DNA of 64,000 nt. Origin: Abditibacteriaceae bacterium. Lineage in GTDB: Bacteria > Armatimonadota > Abditibacteriia > Abditibacteriales > Abditibacteriaceae. The stretch is from contig OZ255721.1 in NCBI GenBank assembly GCA_965277285.1, forward strand, positions 992,001 to 1,056,000. Direction: 5' to 3'. Below are positions 40,389-50,563 of the stretch, in pieces; the first letter of the stretch is position 1; every line of letters begins with the position of its first letter. Under the pieces are notes generated by a model. It worked only from the letters and a program-made list of their open reading frames with translations. It did no database searches and was not told where the DNA came from. The translations under genes and the position numbers were made by a program.

Positions 40389-40856
40389 TTAGCGGGCTTT
40401 TTTGCCTCCGCGCTTGTTTTCGATGTTGCGTTTGAGGTCGCTCAAGCGTTCGCTGCTCTGGCGCGTGAATTCGCCCATCTTTTCTTCAAACGAGGAGCGC
40501 GATTCGCGGCGCGGGCCGTCGCTTCCACCGCCGCCACGATATTCACCGCGACTTTCGGGGCGTGCTTCGCGCGGCGCATCGCCTTCGGCAGACGGTTGGC
40601 GTTGCGGCAACGATTGGCCTTCGCCCAAAGCCTGTTTCACCGACAGCTCGATTTTGCCGCGGTCACCCGTATTCAACACGCGAACCGAAACGGGATCGTT
40701 CACGCCAAAATAATCGGCGACATCGCGCACGTAATTTTGATCGATTTCCGAAATGTGAACCAAACCTGTCTGGCCGTCTTCCAAGCGCACCAACACGCCA
40801 TACGGCAACAAGCGAACGACCGTACCCTGCACAATCTGACCAGTCTCAACCGCCAT
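40389..40856 (-). CDS. S1 RNA-binding protein (YugI/YabR-like)
   Basis: GLVHISEI, GKIELSVK, SFEEKMGEF..SSERLSDLKR. Confidence 0.88.
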   Translation of the reverse strand: MAVETGQIVQGTVVRLLPYGVLVRLEDGQTGLVHISEIDQNYVRDVADYFGVNDPVSVRVLNTGDRGKIELSVKQALGEGQSLPQRQPSAEGDAPREARPESRGEYRGGGGSDGPRRESRSSFEEKMGEFTRQSSERLSDLKRNIENKRGGKKAR

Positions 40857-40982
40857 AAAACAGACCGACTCCTTGAAATGCAACTCAATGTAGATTTTGC
40901 TCTTCAATTTCAACAGAAGAAAACATAACCATTATAACGCGTCAGAGAAATGTGTGGAAGGTTCAGAGAAAGATGACGCAAC

Positions 40983-41402
40983 TTATAATTCAGGCGGAGT
41001 TAGTTTTCCTATAGCGTAGCCTCCAAGCAGCGAAGTGAGAAAGATCGGGACGCCGAATAATCCTATTCGATTCCAGATGCTGGGTATAATGGCGATTTCG
41101 TAAATGGCTCCCAAAGCAGTGACAGCGCCAATAACAGCTCCAATTTTCACCGAGAGCGGCAACAGTTCAGACATCCTCTTTCTTTTAAGGAAATGGAAGA
41201 CGGCGAGATGAACACTTCCCACTACACCCATAATAGGAACAGTTTTCACTAAGAAGAATGCCGCAAAAAAGAAAAAATTCGTTAAAGTATTACCAATCTC
41301 CGGACTGAAGTTACCTGTAAATGCACAGAAAAGCGCAAAGTCAGCCGTGACAAACAAGACCCACAAAATCGGATAAACAAGAAGAGAATTCAAAATCCTC
41401 AT
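40983..41402 (-). CDS. Hypothetical AT-rich membrane protein
   Basis: AGGTG RBS; four hydrophobic segments. Confidence 0.55.
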   Translation of the reverse strand: MRILNSLLVYPILWVLFVTADFALFCAFTGNFSPEIGNTLTNFFFFAAFFLVKTVPIMGVVGSVHLAVFHFLKRKRMSELLPLSVKIGAVIGAVTALGAIYEIAIIPSIWNRIGLFGVPIFLTSLLGGYAIGKLTPPEL

Positions 41403-41465
41403 AAATCACCTATAGCAAAAACTCTTTACAACACTCAATTTCTTGGCGGCTTGGCGGTTTTCGTC

Positions 41466-42701
41466 TCACGCGCGCGGATGGGCTTTGCGGAAACTTTCGC
41501 GCAAGTGTTGGGTTTCGACGTGCGTATAAATCTGCGTTGTGGCGATGTCGGCGTGACCCAGCATTTCCTGAATGGCGCGCAAATCGGCGCCGCCTTGCAA
41601 CAAATGTGTCGCAAAACTGTGGCGCAACGTATGCGGCGAAACCCAGGTCGGCAAATCGCAGCGTCGCGCGTGTTCCTTGACAATCGTGCCCAGCGAAACC
41701 CGCGACAAAGGCGCGCCGCGTTCGCCGACAAATAATTGCTGCACCACGCGCCGCGCTCTGGTTGTCGCCGCACTTCGAGTACTCGATTTCACAATTGCAA
41801 TCTGCGCGATTCCACTTTGCGCATTTGCGTTTTGCGCATTCGAGGACAGCAAATGCGGATTTGCGCCCAGCGAACCCGAAGCGTCAGCGAGGGAGCCGAC
41901 GAGGCTGTAACTTTGCTTTCTCGCTATCGGTTCGGGTTCGCTTAAAGACACTGGCGCGTCAAGACTTTGCGCGCTTTCAATTCGAGTACTCGATTGCGTT
42001 TTGTCGTTGTCCAGCAGTTTCGGTCGCGCGAAACTTGTGTAATCTTCGACGGCTTTTTGAGCGACTTCGCCTAACGGCACGACGCGTTCTTTGCGTCCTT
42101 TGCCGCGGCATTTGACGAAGCCGCCTTCCATATCGAAATCGCTCAAGCGCAAGGCGCACAGTTCCGATGCGCGCAAGCCGCTGCCATAAAGCATTTCCAG
42201 CAAAGCGCGGTCACGCACGCCAAGCGGCGTCATGTTGGATGGCGCATCGAGCAAAGCGCGAATTTGTTCGGGCGCCAGAACGTGCGGCAAGCGGCGCGGC
42301 AGTTTGGCGGAATCCAGCCGCGCCGTCGGATTGGTGTAGTTGCGTTCGCGGGCGAGAAACTTGTGCCAGGCGCGTACGCTCGCCATTTTGCGCGCGATGC
42401 TGGCCGGCGCATACGCTTTCCCGTTGCTGGAAACCTGTGGCGAGGCCGCGCGCAAATCGTGCGCAAATCTCAGAACGTGAGAGGCTTCGACTTCTTTGAC
42501 GGACGCCACGCCGATGTTTTGCAACCAACCGACGTATTGCTCCAAATCGCGGCGATACGCTTCGGCAGTATGAACCGAAAACCCGCGTTCCGCGCGCGCA
42601 TGATCGACAAACTCTTCGACATCGCGCGCCAAAGTTTGCCGAATGCGTTCAGTTCGCGCGTCTTCAACGGGAGATTGAGTAGTCGATTGGGTAAGAGGCA
42701 T
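41466..42701 (-). CDS. xerD: Tyrosine recombinase XerD with in-frame insertion of about 90 aa
   Basis: RDRALLEMLYGSGLRASEL, GKGRKERVVP, SPHTLRHSFATHLLQGGADLR, LGHADIATTQIYTH, HPRA. Confidence 0.9.
   Translation of the reverse strand: MPLTQSTTQSPVEDARTERIRQTLARDVEEFVDHARAERGFSVHTAEAYRRDLEQYVGWLQNIGVASVKEVEASHVLRFAHDLRAASPQVSSNGKAYAPASIARKMASVRAWHKFLARERNYTNPTARLDSAKLPRRLPHVLAPEQIRALLDAPSNMTPLGVRDRALLEMLYGSGLRASELCALRLSDFDMEGGFVKCRGKGRKERVVPLGEVAQKAVEDYTSFARPKLLDNDKTQSSTRIESAQSLDAPVSLSEPEPIARKQSYSLVGSLADASGSLGANPHLLSSNAQNANAQSGIAQIAIVKSSTRSAATTRARRVVQQLFVGERGAPLSRVSLGTIVKEHARRCDLPTWVSPHTLRHSFATHLLQGGADLRAIQEMLGHADIATTQIYTHVETQHLRESFRKAHPRA
41868..41942. repeat. Family A REPIN located inside xerD
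   Basis: cagcgaacccgaagcgtcagcgagggag ... tctcgctatcggttcgggttcgct. Confidence 0.8.
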
Positions 42702-43226
42702 TTAGAAAATTAATTTGCTTTCTTGTCGAAATTGCTTTTTCTCAACAGGAGACATCTTGTCATAAAGAACACGAATCGTATATCCACCAGACAACTTGCC
42801 ATTTGTGGTGAACATCCAATCGCTAATGTCTTGTGGCGCAACTGTTACCGGATCGCCCATCTTTACGGAGGTCACTTCGACTGGCTCATCGGACAAACGA
42901 CCATAAAAAAGCTTGCCGATGTATGTCACATGGGAAAGCCATATATGCTCGCCACCTTTTCTTACGGCGAAACGTTTTTTGATGGAAAAATTGTGTTGCC
43001 CCGTCTTAGGCGAGCGCAAAGCCGCAATAAAAACATTGATGGTCGAACGTGCTTTTTGTATCGCAGCGTTCATCGCCACATCTTCATTGGAGACAGAAAC
43101 GACATCGGGTTCGCCTTCACGCTTGAGAGTTTCTCCGGCATGTTCCAGAGAGTTCGGCGGCTTCGGCTGGCAGCCAGCCAAAAACGCTAATTCGACAACA
43201 ACGCCAAAAAACAAACTGAATCTCAT
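42702..43226 (-). CDS. DUF2314/YegJ-like lipoprotein
   Basis: LAGC lipobox; MNAAIQKAR, EHIWL, ISDWM, GGYT. Confidence 0.8.
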   Translation of the reverse strand: MRFSLFFGVVVELAFLAGCQPKPPNSLEHAGETLKREGEPDVVSVSNEDVAMNAAIQKARSTINVFIAALRSPKTGQHNFSIKKRFAVRKGGEHIWLSHVTYIGKLFYGRLSDEPVEVTSVKMGDPVTVAPQDISDWMFTTNGKLSGGYTIRVLYDKMSPVEKKQFRQESKLIF

Positions 43227-43241
43227 TTTGCCCTCTCCAAA

Positions 43242-44474
43242 TCAACCCACTTTCAAGCGCACAAACTTCCGTTTTCCGGCTTTCAAAACTTGGCCGTCGC
43301 GCGGTGTGAAAGTTTGCGCGATGTCGGTGATTTTTTCGTTGTCGAGCGAAACGGCGCCGCCTCCAACTAAACGCTTGGCTTCGGCGCCGCTGATTTCAAA
43401 GGCATCGCGCAACAAACTCACAATCGAGTACTCGATTGGTTGAACCTGGAAGTCCGGCATCTCGTCGGGAACTTCGCGCAAACTGAACTGCTTTTCCCAA
43501 CGTTCCTGCGCGATTTGCGCGGCTTCTTCGTCGTGATAACGCGCGACGATTTCGCGTCCCAAGCGCTTTTTGGCGTCCATCGGATGCGCGGCCAACAAAC
43601 CGTTGATTTCGCTTTCGGCGACGGTCGTGCAAAGCGTAAAATAACTGCGCATCGCTTCGTCGGGAATGCTCATCACTTTGCCGAACATTTCGGCTGGCGC
43701 TTCATCAATGCCGATGTAATTGCCCAAACTTTTGCTCATCTTTTGCGTGCCGTCGGTTCCAACCAACAGCGGCATCAGCATCACGACCTGCGATTCCTGA
43801 CCGTCGATGCGCTGCAATTCGCGCCCGACTAAATTGTTAAATCGCTGATCGGTGCCGCCCAATTCGACATCAGCTTTGATGGCAACCGAATCTTGTCCCT
43901 GACAGAGTGGATACAAAATCTCGTGCAAACCAATCGGCTTGTGCGCTTCCAATCGTTGCGCGAAATCTTCGCGTTCCAGAGTTTGCGCGACTGTGTATTT
44001 CGCGGCCAATTGAATGACCTCGGCGAAACCCATTTTGCCCAGCCAATCACCGTTGAAATGGACGACGGTGCGGCTTTCATCGAGTACGCGAAACAATTGC
44101 TGCTGATAGGTTCGCGCGTTTTCTTCGACTTGAAGTCTTGTCAGTTGCGGGCGCGTTTTGCTTTTGCCGGTCGGATCGCCGATTTGAGCGGTAAAATCGC
44201 CGATGATGAGATGCGCTTCGTGCCCCAAGTCTTGGAAAGCACGCAGCTTTTGTAGCACAACCGCGAAACCCAGATGAATATCGGGCGCGGTCGGGTCAAG
44301 GCCAAGTTTGATGCGCAAAGGCTGATTGGTTTTCTTCGATTTGAGCAATTTGGCGCGCAGTTCTTCGCGCGAAATAATCGAATCGGCGCCGCGCGACAGC
44401 GTTTGTAAAGCGGTTTCGATGGCGGGATCGTTGATGGTTTCAGTGGTTTGGTTTTCAGTATTCACAGCGGGCAT
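43242..44474 (-). CDS. tyrS: Tyrosine--tRNA ligase
   Basis: GLDPTAPDIHLG, ELGGTDQ, KMSKS, C-terminal S4-like domain. Confidence 0.95.
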   Translation of the reverse strand: MPAVNTENQTTETINDPAIETALQTLSRGADSIISREELRAKLLKSKKTNQPLRIKLGLDPTAPDIHLGFAVVLQKLRAFQDLGHEAHLIIGDFTAQIGDPTGKSKTRPQLTRLQVEENARTYQQQLFRVLDESRTVVHFNGDWLGKMGFAEVIQLAAKYTVAQTLEREDFAQRLEAHKPIGLHEILYPLCQGQDSVAIKADVELGGTDQRFNNLVGRELQRIDGQESQVVMLMPLLVGTDGTQKMSKSLGNYIGIDEAPAEMFGKVMSIPDEAMRSYFTLCTTVAESEINGLLAAHPMDAKKRLGREIVARYHDEEAAQIAQERWEKQFSLREVPDEMPDFQVQPIEYSIVSLLRDAFEISGAEAKRLVGGGAVSLDNEKITDIAQTFTPRDGQVLKAGKRKFVRLKVG

Positions 44475-44492
44475 TTTAGCAAATTGAAATAC

Positions 44493-44563
44493 GTAGGGAC
44501 GCAGATTTCTGCGTCCGCCCATTGTCAATTGCACACAATGGACGCAGAAATCTGCGTCCCTAC
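44493..44563. repeat. GTAG-type REPIN pair (family C)
   Basis: gtagggacgcagatttctgcgtcc ... ggacgcagaaatctgcgtccctac. Confidence 0.8.
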
Positions 44564-44603
44564 AATTGGAACGCCTGCGCAAAACCTTGCGTTTGACACC
44601 CTT

Positions 44604-45407
44604 ATGCCCACATCGAGTACTCGAACATCCACTGAACACAAACTTCCAGCTCGCAAAACGATTCGCCGCGTCAACGAACTTTTAGTCGAACGCTATGGCG
44701 CGCGGCAGCCGCTGGTGCGCGACCCATTGGATGGCTTGATTTTGATTATCTTGAGCCAAGCAACCAACGACATCAATTGCGACCGCGCGTTTTCCAGCTT
44801 GAAATCGACTTTTCCGACGTGGGATGAAGTTCTTGCCGCGCCCGTTGAACACGTTGCGGACGCGATTCGCAGCGGCGGTTTGGCGAATCAGAAAGCCAGT
44901 CGCATTCAAGCGATTTTGCGGCAGATCCAAGACGAAGCGGGCGACTTAAATCTCGATTGGATGCACGACGCGACCAGCGAAGAATGTCGTGCTTATATGG
45001 CGAAATTTCACGGCGTTGGGCCAAAAACAATCGCGTGCGTGCTGGTCTTCTTTTTAGGTAAACCGGCCTTTCCGGTTGATACGCACGTTCATCGCGTGAC
45101 CAAACGTTTAGGCTGGATTCGCCCGAATGCGAGCGCTGAAGAAGCGCATCGCGTCCTCGAAAAGTTGGTTCCCGATGAATGCAAATTGGACTTGCACGTC
45201 AATTTGATTTCGCACGGACGCGCCGTTTGTCGCGCCGAAGGCAACGGCGGCCCCAAATGCGGCGCGTGTTTGTTGAACAAATTGTGCGCTTATGGCAAAT
45301 TGCGCACAACCGATTCATCGGGTAAGAAGCCGCTATCGAGTACTCGATTTCACGGCACCGACTTTTTCGTGACATTGGAGAATGTGCCCAACGAACCTGA
45401 AGCGTAA
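44604..45407 (+). CDS. nth: Endonuclease III family HhH-GPD glycosylase
   Basis: ILSQAT, GVGPKT, FPVDTHVHRV, Cys cluster C..C..C..C. Confidence 0.8.
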   Translation: MPTSSTRTSTEHKLPARKTIRRVNELLVERYGARQPLVRDPLDGLILIILSQATNDINCDRAFSSLKSTFPTWDEVLAAPVEHVADAIRSGGLANQKASRIQAILRQIQDEAGDLNLDWMHDATSEECRAYMAKFHGVGPKTIACVLVFFLGKPAFPVDTHVHRVTKRLGWIRPNASAEEAHRVLEKLVPDECKLDLHVNLISHGRAVCRAEGNGGPKCGACLLNKLCAYGKLRTTDSSGKKPLSSTRFHGTDFFVTLENVPNEPEA

Positions 45408-45464
45408 GCGAGGGAGGTACATTTGAGTCAGATTGAAATCCCTCGCTTACGCTTCAGGTTCGTT
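45390..45464. repeat. REPIN-like pair, family A, overlapping the nth stop codon
   Basis: aacgaacctgaagcgtaagcgaggga ... tccctcgcttacgcttcaggttcgtt. Confidence 0.8.
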
Positions 45465-45522
45465 GATTGCGGCGGCACCGCGATTGCGACGAGTGCGGCC
45501 ACTTTTCGTGGAGAAGACTTCG

Positions 45523-46290
45523 ATGCTGCTTCCTCTTTTACTGATTGGCTTGTTCGCTCTCATCCCGTTGGGCGATGACAATACCGGGCGCAAAACACAG
45601 CCTTATGTCACCTATGCGCTGATCGCCGCTAACATCGCGGTTTTCGTACTGCTGCAAGGCGCGACGGCCAACAACGCTTTCACAGAAAGCTATTCGGTGG
45701 TGCCAGAGGAAATCACGCATGGAGGTCATTTGGTCGGCGCATCCGATGGCCCGATTTATCTGACGATTTTCAGCGCCATGTTCATGCACGGCAGCATAAT
45801 GCATTTGGGCGGCAATATGCTGTATTTGTGGATTTTCGGCGACAACCTGGAAGACGCCATGGGACACTTCAAATTTCTCGTCTTCTATTTAATTTGTGGC
45901 GTGCTGGCGACACTCGTCTATATTTTGAGCGCGCCCAATTCTCCCATTCCTTCCTTGGGCGCGTCCGGCGCGATTGCGGGCGTCTTAGGCGGCTATTTGC
46001 TGATGTATCCCAGTCGCCAGGTGCGCGTTCTGGTCGGATGGTTCGGTATTATCGCCATGCCCGCCGTTGTCGTCATCGGTTTCTGGGCAATTTTGTAGTT
46101 TTACAGCGGCTTCGGCTCGCTTGGACAATCGAAAACCGATGGCGTCGCTTATATGGCGCACGTCGGCGGCTTTCTCGCGGGTTTGATTTTAGTCAAACTC
46201 TTCGCCAGTTCGCGCAGCGCTCAAGTCGTCGCGCAACGCGAAAGCCAAGCGGTCGATTATTTTCCCTTCGGCGGCAAACAAAAATATTAA
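45523..46290 (+). pseudogene. Rhomboid protease interrupted by in-frame TAG at 46096-46098
   Basis: HLGGNMLYLWIFGDN and GASG before the stop; the same frame continues with VAYMAHVGGF to TAA at 46290. Confidence 0.8.
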
Positions 46291-46318
46291 ACGCCAAGAC
46301 ACGAATCGAGGACTCGAT

Positions 46319-46406
46319 AACGAACCCTGAGCGTAAGCGACGGCTGAAAACTAAGAGTTGCCTGTAATTAATAGTTTTCAGCCGTCGCTTACGCTCAGGG
46401 TTCGTT
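46319..46406. repeat. REPIN-like pair, family A variant
   Basis: aacgaaccctgagcgtaagcgacggctgaaaacta ... tagttttcagccgtcgcttacgctcagggttcgtt. Confidence 0.8.
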
Positions 46407-46409
46407 GTT

Positions 46410-47126
46410 TCAAAACGGGCGGACGACGCGCAGTTCGTTGATGCCCGCGAAACGTTCTGCATCCAGCGTGACGAGTGGAATTTCGTGCGCCAGAGCCGTC
46501 GCGCAGGACAACGCGTCCACCGTTGTAAAACGTTGGTGGCGATTGGCGCTGGTCATCAATTCCACGGCGCGCGAACTGGCCATCGGCCCCAGCGACAACA
46601 CCGCATAAGGTCGCACGAAACTTTGCACGCGCGCGATTTGCGGCACATCGTCCGCGCCTTCCAATAACGCCAAATAAGTCGCTGTTGCCAGCCGAATCTC
46701 GACGTTGGGTTTCTCGAAAAATTGCGACGCTTGCTCGTTGCCGTTCGCCAGCGCCCAGCACACATCGAGATGAACAACCGTTGGCGTTCCAGCGGCAAGA
46801 GTTGAAGCCAAAGGTGCATTAGCGTTCGAGTACTCGATTGTGGACGCCGCGCCAAACAAGCCGAACAAAGCGCGCGGCCCGTCGGCGGGAGCGCTATTTC
46901 CCGTATTGACAACGGCGTGTCCGGTTTCGCGCTGTCGCCAACTCGCGCTTTGCGTCGGGTCTTGCGCGGGATTAGAAACGAACGCGTTCAGCGGCAAGGT
47001 TCCAACTGGCAAGGTTTTGCCTGGCGTTTTGGTGTGAACGCTCAAGCCCAGAGCGCGCGCCAAACGTTCGCGTTCGGCCAAAGGCAACTGCACAGCGACT
47101 TGCATCGCGTCTTCAAAAAGTGACAT
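46410..47126 (-). CDS. Addiction-module-like N-terminus fused to a degenerate PIN (VapC-like) domain
   Basis: LPLAERERLARAL; DALSCATALAHEIPLVTLD.ERF.GI..L.V.RPF; GAGGAG RBS. Confidence 0.65.
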   Translation of the reverse strand: MSLFEDAMQVAVQLPLAERERLARALGLSVHTKTPGKTLPVGTLPLNAFVSNPAQDPTQSASWRQRETGHAVVNTGNSAPADGPRALFGLFGAASTIEYSNANAPLASTLAAGTPTVVHLDVCWALANGNEQASQFFEKPNVEIRLATATYLALLEGADDVPQIARVQSFVRPYAVLSLGPMASSRAVELMTSANRHQRFTTVDALSCATALAHEIPLVTLDAERFAGINELRVVRPF

Positions 47127-47295
47127 AAATATTTCTCCTCAACAGCGCGTTAAAATTCTCGCGCTTCCACGAGAACCGCAGTTCACAACAAACTGTAGGA
47201 CACAGATTATTGCGTTTGTTCTGATAGTTCGGTTTCTCAATCATCGAGTACTCGAACCTTGTGACAGCAAACGCAGCAAATCGCTACGGATGGAA

Positions 47296-49044
47296 TCAAG
47301 GTGTGGGAGCGTAAACTTCGACTTCACTTGTGAAAACGAAGTTTGGCGCGTAGCCGTTGGTTTCATCGTAGTGATCGGGATACGTCAAGCGCACATAACG
47401 CGCGTTCACCGGAGCAAAAGTGAACAGGTGCCTGCGTTCGATGGCGAAGGGAAAAACGTGGCGGCCAACTTCGGTGAAGTTCACGCCATCGGCGCTCAGC
47501 GACACCTGGATGGTTTTGGTCGAGCCAAATGAAGGCACGCCAAGTCGCACCTGCGACACCAAAGATGCGGCGCCCAGATCAATAGTCGTGGCTTTGGGGA
47601 AAGCGTTGATTTCGCCGGACGCGAAAGTGTGCGGTTGGTCGCCGCTCCAGGAGCCATCGGTTAAGCCGCCGGTGCCATAGTTATAAACGTTGGGATCGGT
47701 GCTGGTATAGGTTTTGTGGAGCGCCAGATTGGGACCAGTGGGCGCGGGCACCGCGATGCTGAGTTGAAAATGATGGGCTACGGGTTGTGCGGCGGCGCGT
47801 TGCTTGGCCACCGTTTGCGCTTCTTCGTCGTCGAGAGCCTTGAGCAGCGGTGGCAGCGCATTTTGCACAGCGATACTGTGGCTCGCATAAGGCACTTGAA
47901 TCGAACGCCAGCGCGCATAATGCTCGTCGTTGTGTTGCAGCGTCAGTTTATGAACGGCCATCGCCTGATCGCGCATTGGCGTGGGGAGCAGCGCCAGATT
48001 GACGCCTTGCGCCAACTCGTCGCGCCCGAAATCGCCAACTTCTTCATCGTCAATTGTCAGGGTGTAACGCGGCGCCTTCAGGCCAGTGACTTGAAGTGGT
48101 TCCTGGTCGAGTGCGGTCACGAAATCCGACGATTTTACCGCCAGGTCTACCGCCGGATCGCTGGTATCCAAGGGAAAAGGCAACGCCGCATCGTTTTGTG
48201 TCCAGGAAAGCACGGCGCCCGAAGGTGTTTGATTGCTCGCTAAATTGGAGACTCGCGTGCCCTGCGCGCGCACGATCCGTTTCGCAGCGGCGTCAATGGC
48301 GACATCGGAAACCAGAGACGGCGCGCCCCACGCTTTGAGCAACGCCTCGGCCATGATGAGATGACCGCCCGGGCCAGGATGAACGCGGTCGGGAAGGATT
48401 TTCTGCGCCAGATTGGTATCCACAGCGTTGGCGCGTTGCAGCATCAAATTGACAGGCGTGTTGAAATCGGCGAGGCCGAGATTGCGTTGCTGCGCCGTCG
48501 TTTTGAGGAAGTCGCGGAAGTGTCGCAGAACAGCGTTGTAACCGCCCTCGAAAAGCGGCGGGCGCGTCACTTCGTCGTAAGGCGAAGGTTGAATCAGCGT
48601 GAAGCGAACGCCGGGCGCGCCCTTTTGCACCGTATCAAGAATGTGATTTATACCCGCCGAGTAAGTGTCGAAACCGCTCTGGCTGAAAGGGCTGTAACCA
48701 CCGTCGTTCATACCGAGCATAATCGTCATGACAGTGGGTTTATAAGCCAAAACATCGCGCTGCAAACGCAAGTCAATCGGGCCGCCACCGCCGCCGGTCA
48801 CACGGTCGCCACTCCAGCCAGAGTGCACAAACGACACGGGAAGATTGGGAAAGCGCGTCACGACATACGTTTCCACAAACGTCGTGTAAAGCCGCTGATC
48901 GGTGATGCTGTCGCCATAAAATACAACGCGATCATGGGCTTTCAGCGCGAAATCGGCACGCGCACTCTGGCACGCGCTCAACAATGCTACAACGCAAAGA
49001 ACAAGCGAACGTCGGAAAAATAATGGAGTTTTGGTGCGAGTCAT
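47296..49044 (-). CDS. Secreted SGNH/GDSL hydrolase with C-terminal discoidin/F5-8-like domain
   Basis: GDSIT, GWSG, GMND, DRVHP; NLAL..IDLG..ARYVRL. Confidence 0.88.
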   Translation of the reverse strand: MTRTKTPLFFRRSLVLCVVALLSACQSARADFALKAHDRVVFYGDSITDQRLYTTFVETYVVTRFPNLPVSFVHSGWSGDRVTGGGGGPIDLRLQRDVLAYKPTVMTIMLGMNDGGYSPFSQSGFDTYSAGINHILDTVQKGAPGVRFTLIQPSPYDEVTRPPLFEGGYNAVLRHFRDFLKTTAQQRNLGLADFNTPVNLMLQRANAVDTNLAQKILPDRVHPGPGGHLIMAEALLKAWGAPSLVSDVAIDAAAKRIVRAQGTRVSNLASNQTPSGAVLSWTQNDAALPFPLDTSDPAVDLAVKSSDFVTALDQEPLQVTGLKAPRYTLTIDDEEVGDFGRDELAQGVNLALLPTPMRDQAMAVHKLTLQHNDEHYARWRSIQVPYASHSIAVQNALPPLLKALDDEEAQTVAKQRAAAQPVAHHFQLSIAVPAPTGPNLALHKTYTSTDPNVYNYGTGGLTDGSWSGDQPHTFASGEINAFPKATTIDLGAASLVSQVRLGVPSFGSTKTIQVSLSADGVNFTEVGRHVFPFAIERRHLFTFAPVNARYVRLTYPDHYDETNGYAPNFVFTSEVEVYAPTP

Positions 49045-49333
49045 AAAATCCTCTTTGGAGATGGGTTTGCAAATCGTAATTCTACTCAGGACGTTCTGTA
49101 CTGTAACCTGTTTTGCCCGCCGTTTTGGTGCGAACACTGAGAGCGCGAGCCAAGCGTTCGGTCAGAAGAAGTTGCACCAGAAGAAGTTGTACTGCGATGT
49201 GCATCGCATCTTCAAAAAGTGACATTTCAATTTCTCCTCAATAGCGTGTTACAATTATCGCACTTTCCCAGGCAAAGCATTGTGCGCACAAAGCAGTGCG
49301 CGACAATCGAGTACTCGATGCGAGGAGACGACG

Positions 49334-50563
49334 ATGAAAACTTCCAAACTGATGGTGTTGCTGTTGATTATTTTGTCGGCGCGCGGCGCCTTCGCCTGCA
49401 TCAACGACCGCGATAGCGACACTTTGGCGAATGAAGGCAAGCAGTTGCCCGATGTGGTGCGCGTCATCACCGGACGCTTCGAGCGCAATCCGCCACTGTA
49501 TTATCAAATGCGCATCACGCGCGTCGGAAAAGAATTGCAATCTCATCCCGAACGCTTGCCGCTTTATGACGACATCGCCGTTGCATATGACCGCTTGGGA
49601 AAAGACAACGACGCAATTTCGTGGATGAATCGCAAAAAGTCGCAACTGGCGCGCGTGAACACCAAAACGCCCGCCAACCACGAAGCGCTTTATCGTTATT
49701 ACGCGAATAACGGCACCTTCTGGGCGCATCGCTGGCTGCGCAACGGCGCCAATCGTGCGAAATTAAATGAAGTCAAAATTGCGCGTGATCTCATCGCGCA
49801 AGCCATCAAAATCAAGCCCAACGCGCACTTTGGGCGAGAAAAGTATCAATTGATGACGATGGATTGGATCATTGATCCGCGCGCGAAAGACGATGATGGA
49901 AAGATGCGCACCATGAACTTGGCCGACTATATTAGCGCGAAAATACCAGATGAAGAGTTGGGAAAGCCATCGCAAATGACTGGCCTGTCAGGTCTTATTG
50001 TGCTGGGCAACGCTTGGGAAAGTGTTGATATCTTCTATGCGCTGAGCGGTGCTTTAGATGCGAATGGAAAACCGACGTTGCAGTATCTGTCAATTCTACG
50101 TTGCCGCGAATTGATTTCCCAGGGTAAACGTTCGCTATTGCCAAATACCGGCACAGGAGCGCAGTTGCAAAGCGAATTTAAAATTGATGCCGATTCGCTT
50201 CAACCGATACACAGTATCGCCATCAACGTAGAAAACCAGGCCGCGATTGACACGGTTTATAATCGTTTGCGCACTGAAGCCGAAGCGTGGCAAGCGCGCC
50301 GCACCGCTTACATGATGACGCGATTGAAAGCTGGAAAACATCCCGACACCGATAAAATGTTCTGGCGTGATTGGCACGATACTGCGCCGCCTTCAATGGA
50401 TGTCGCGTGGTATTCAGTAGGTGCCGCCAAGCGCAATGGACCTGCCGAAGACTTGTTGATGCTTCAGCTTTTCTTTATCAGCGTTTTTCTTATCCCGCTG
50501 AGTTGGCGCATCATGAGGCTTCGCTTTGTCGCTTATAATCGCCGCTCGCACTCTAATTCATAG
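49334..50563 (+). CDS. Secreted or membrane-anchored helical (TPR-like) hypothetical protein
   Basis: GAGGAG RBS; signal peptide AFA-CIND; AHFGREKYQ; C-terminal TM helix. Confidence 0.7.
   Translation: MKTSKLMVLLLIILSARGAFACINDRDSDTLANEGKQLPDVVRVITGRFERNPPLYYQMRITRVGKELQSHPERLPLYDDIAVAYDRLGKDNDAISWMNRKKSQLARVNTKTPANHEALYRYYANNGTFWAHRWLRNGANRAKLNEVKIARDLIAQAIKIKPNAHFGREKYQLMTMDWIIDPRAKDDDGKMRTMNLADYISAKIPDEELGKPSQMTGLSGLIVLGNAWESVDIFYALSGALDANGKPTLQYLSILRCRELISQGKRSLLPNTGTGAQLQSEFKIDADSLQPIHSIAINVENQAAIDTVYNRLRTEAEAWQARRTAYMMTRLKAGKHPDTDKMFWRDWHDTAPPSMDVAWYSVGAAKRNGPAEDLLMLQLFFISVFLIPLSWRIMRLRFVAYNRRSHSNS

Noticed and set aside
41466..42701. Recombinase as a phage or integron integrase
   Set aside because: XerD signature with HPRA C-terminus, no phage genes, and the insertion is repeat-derived rather than the IntI-specific patch
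46096..46098. Genome-wide TAG recoding
   Set aside because: TAG acts as a normal stop in other genes in the window
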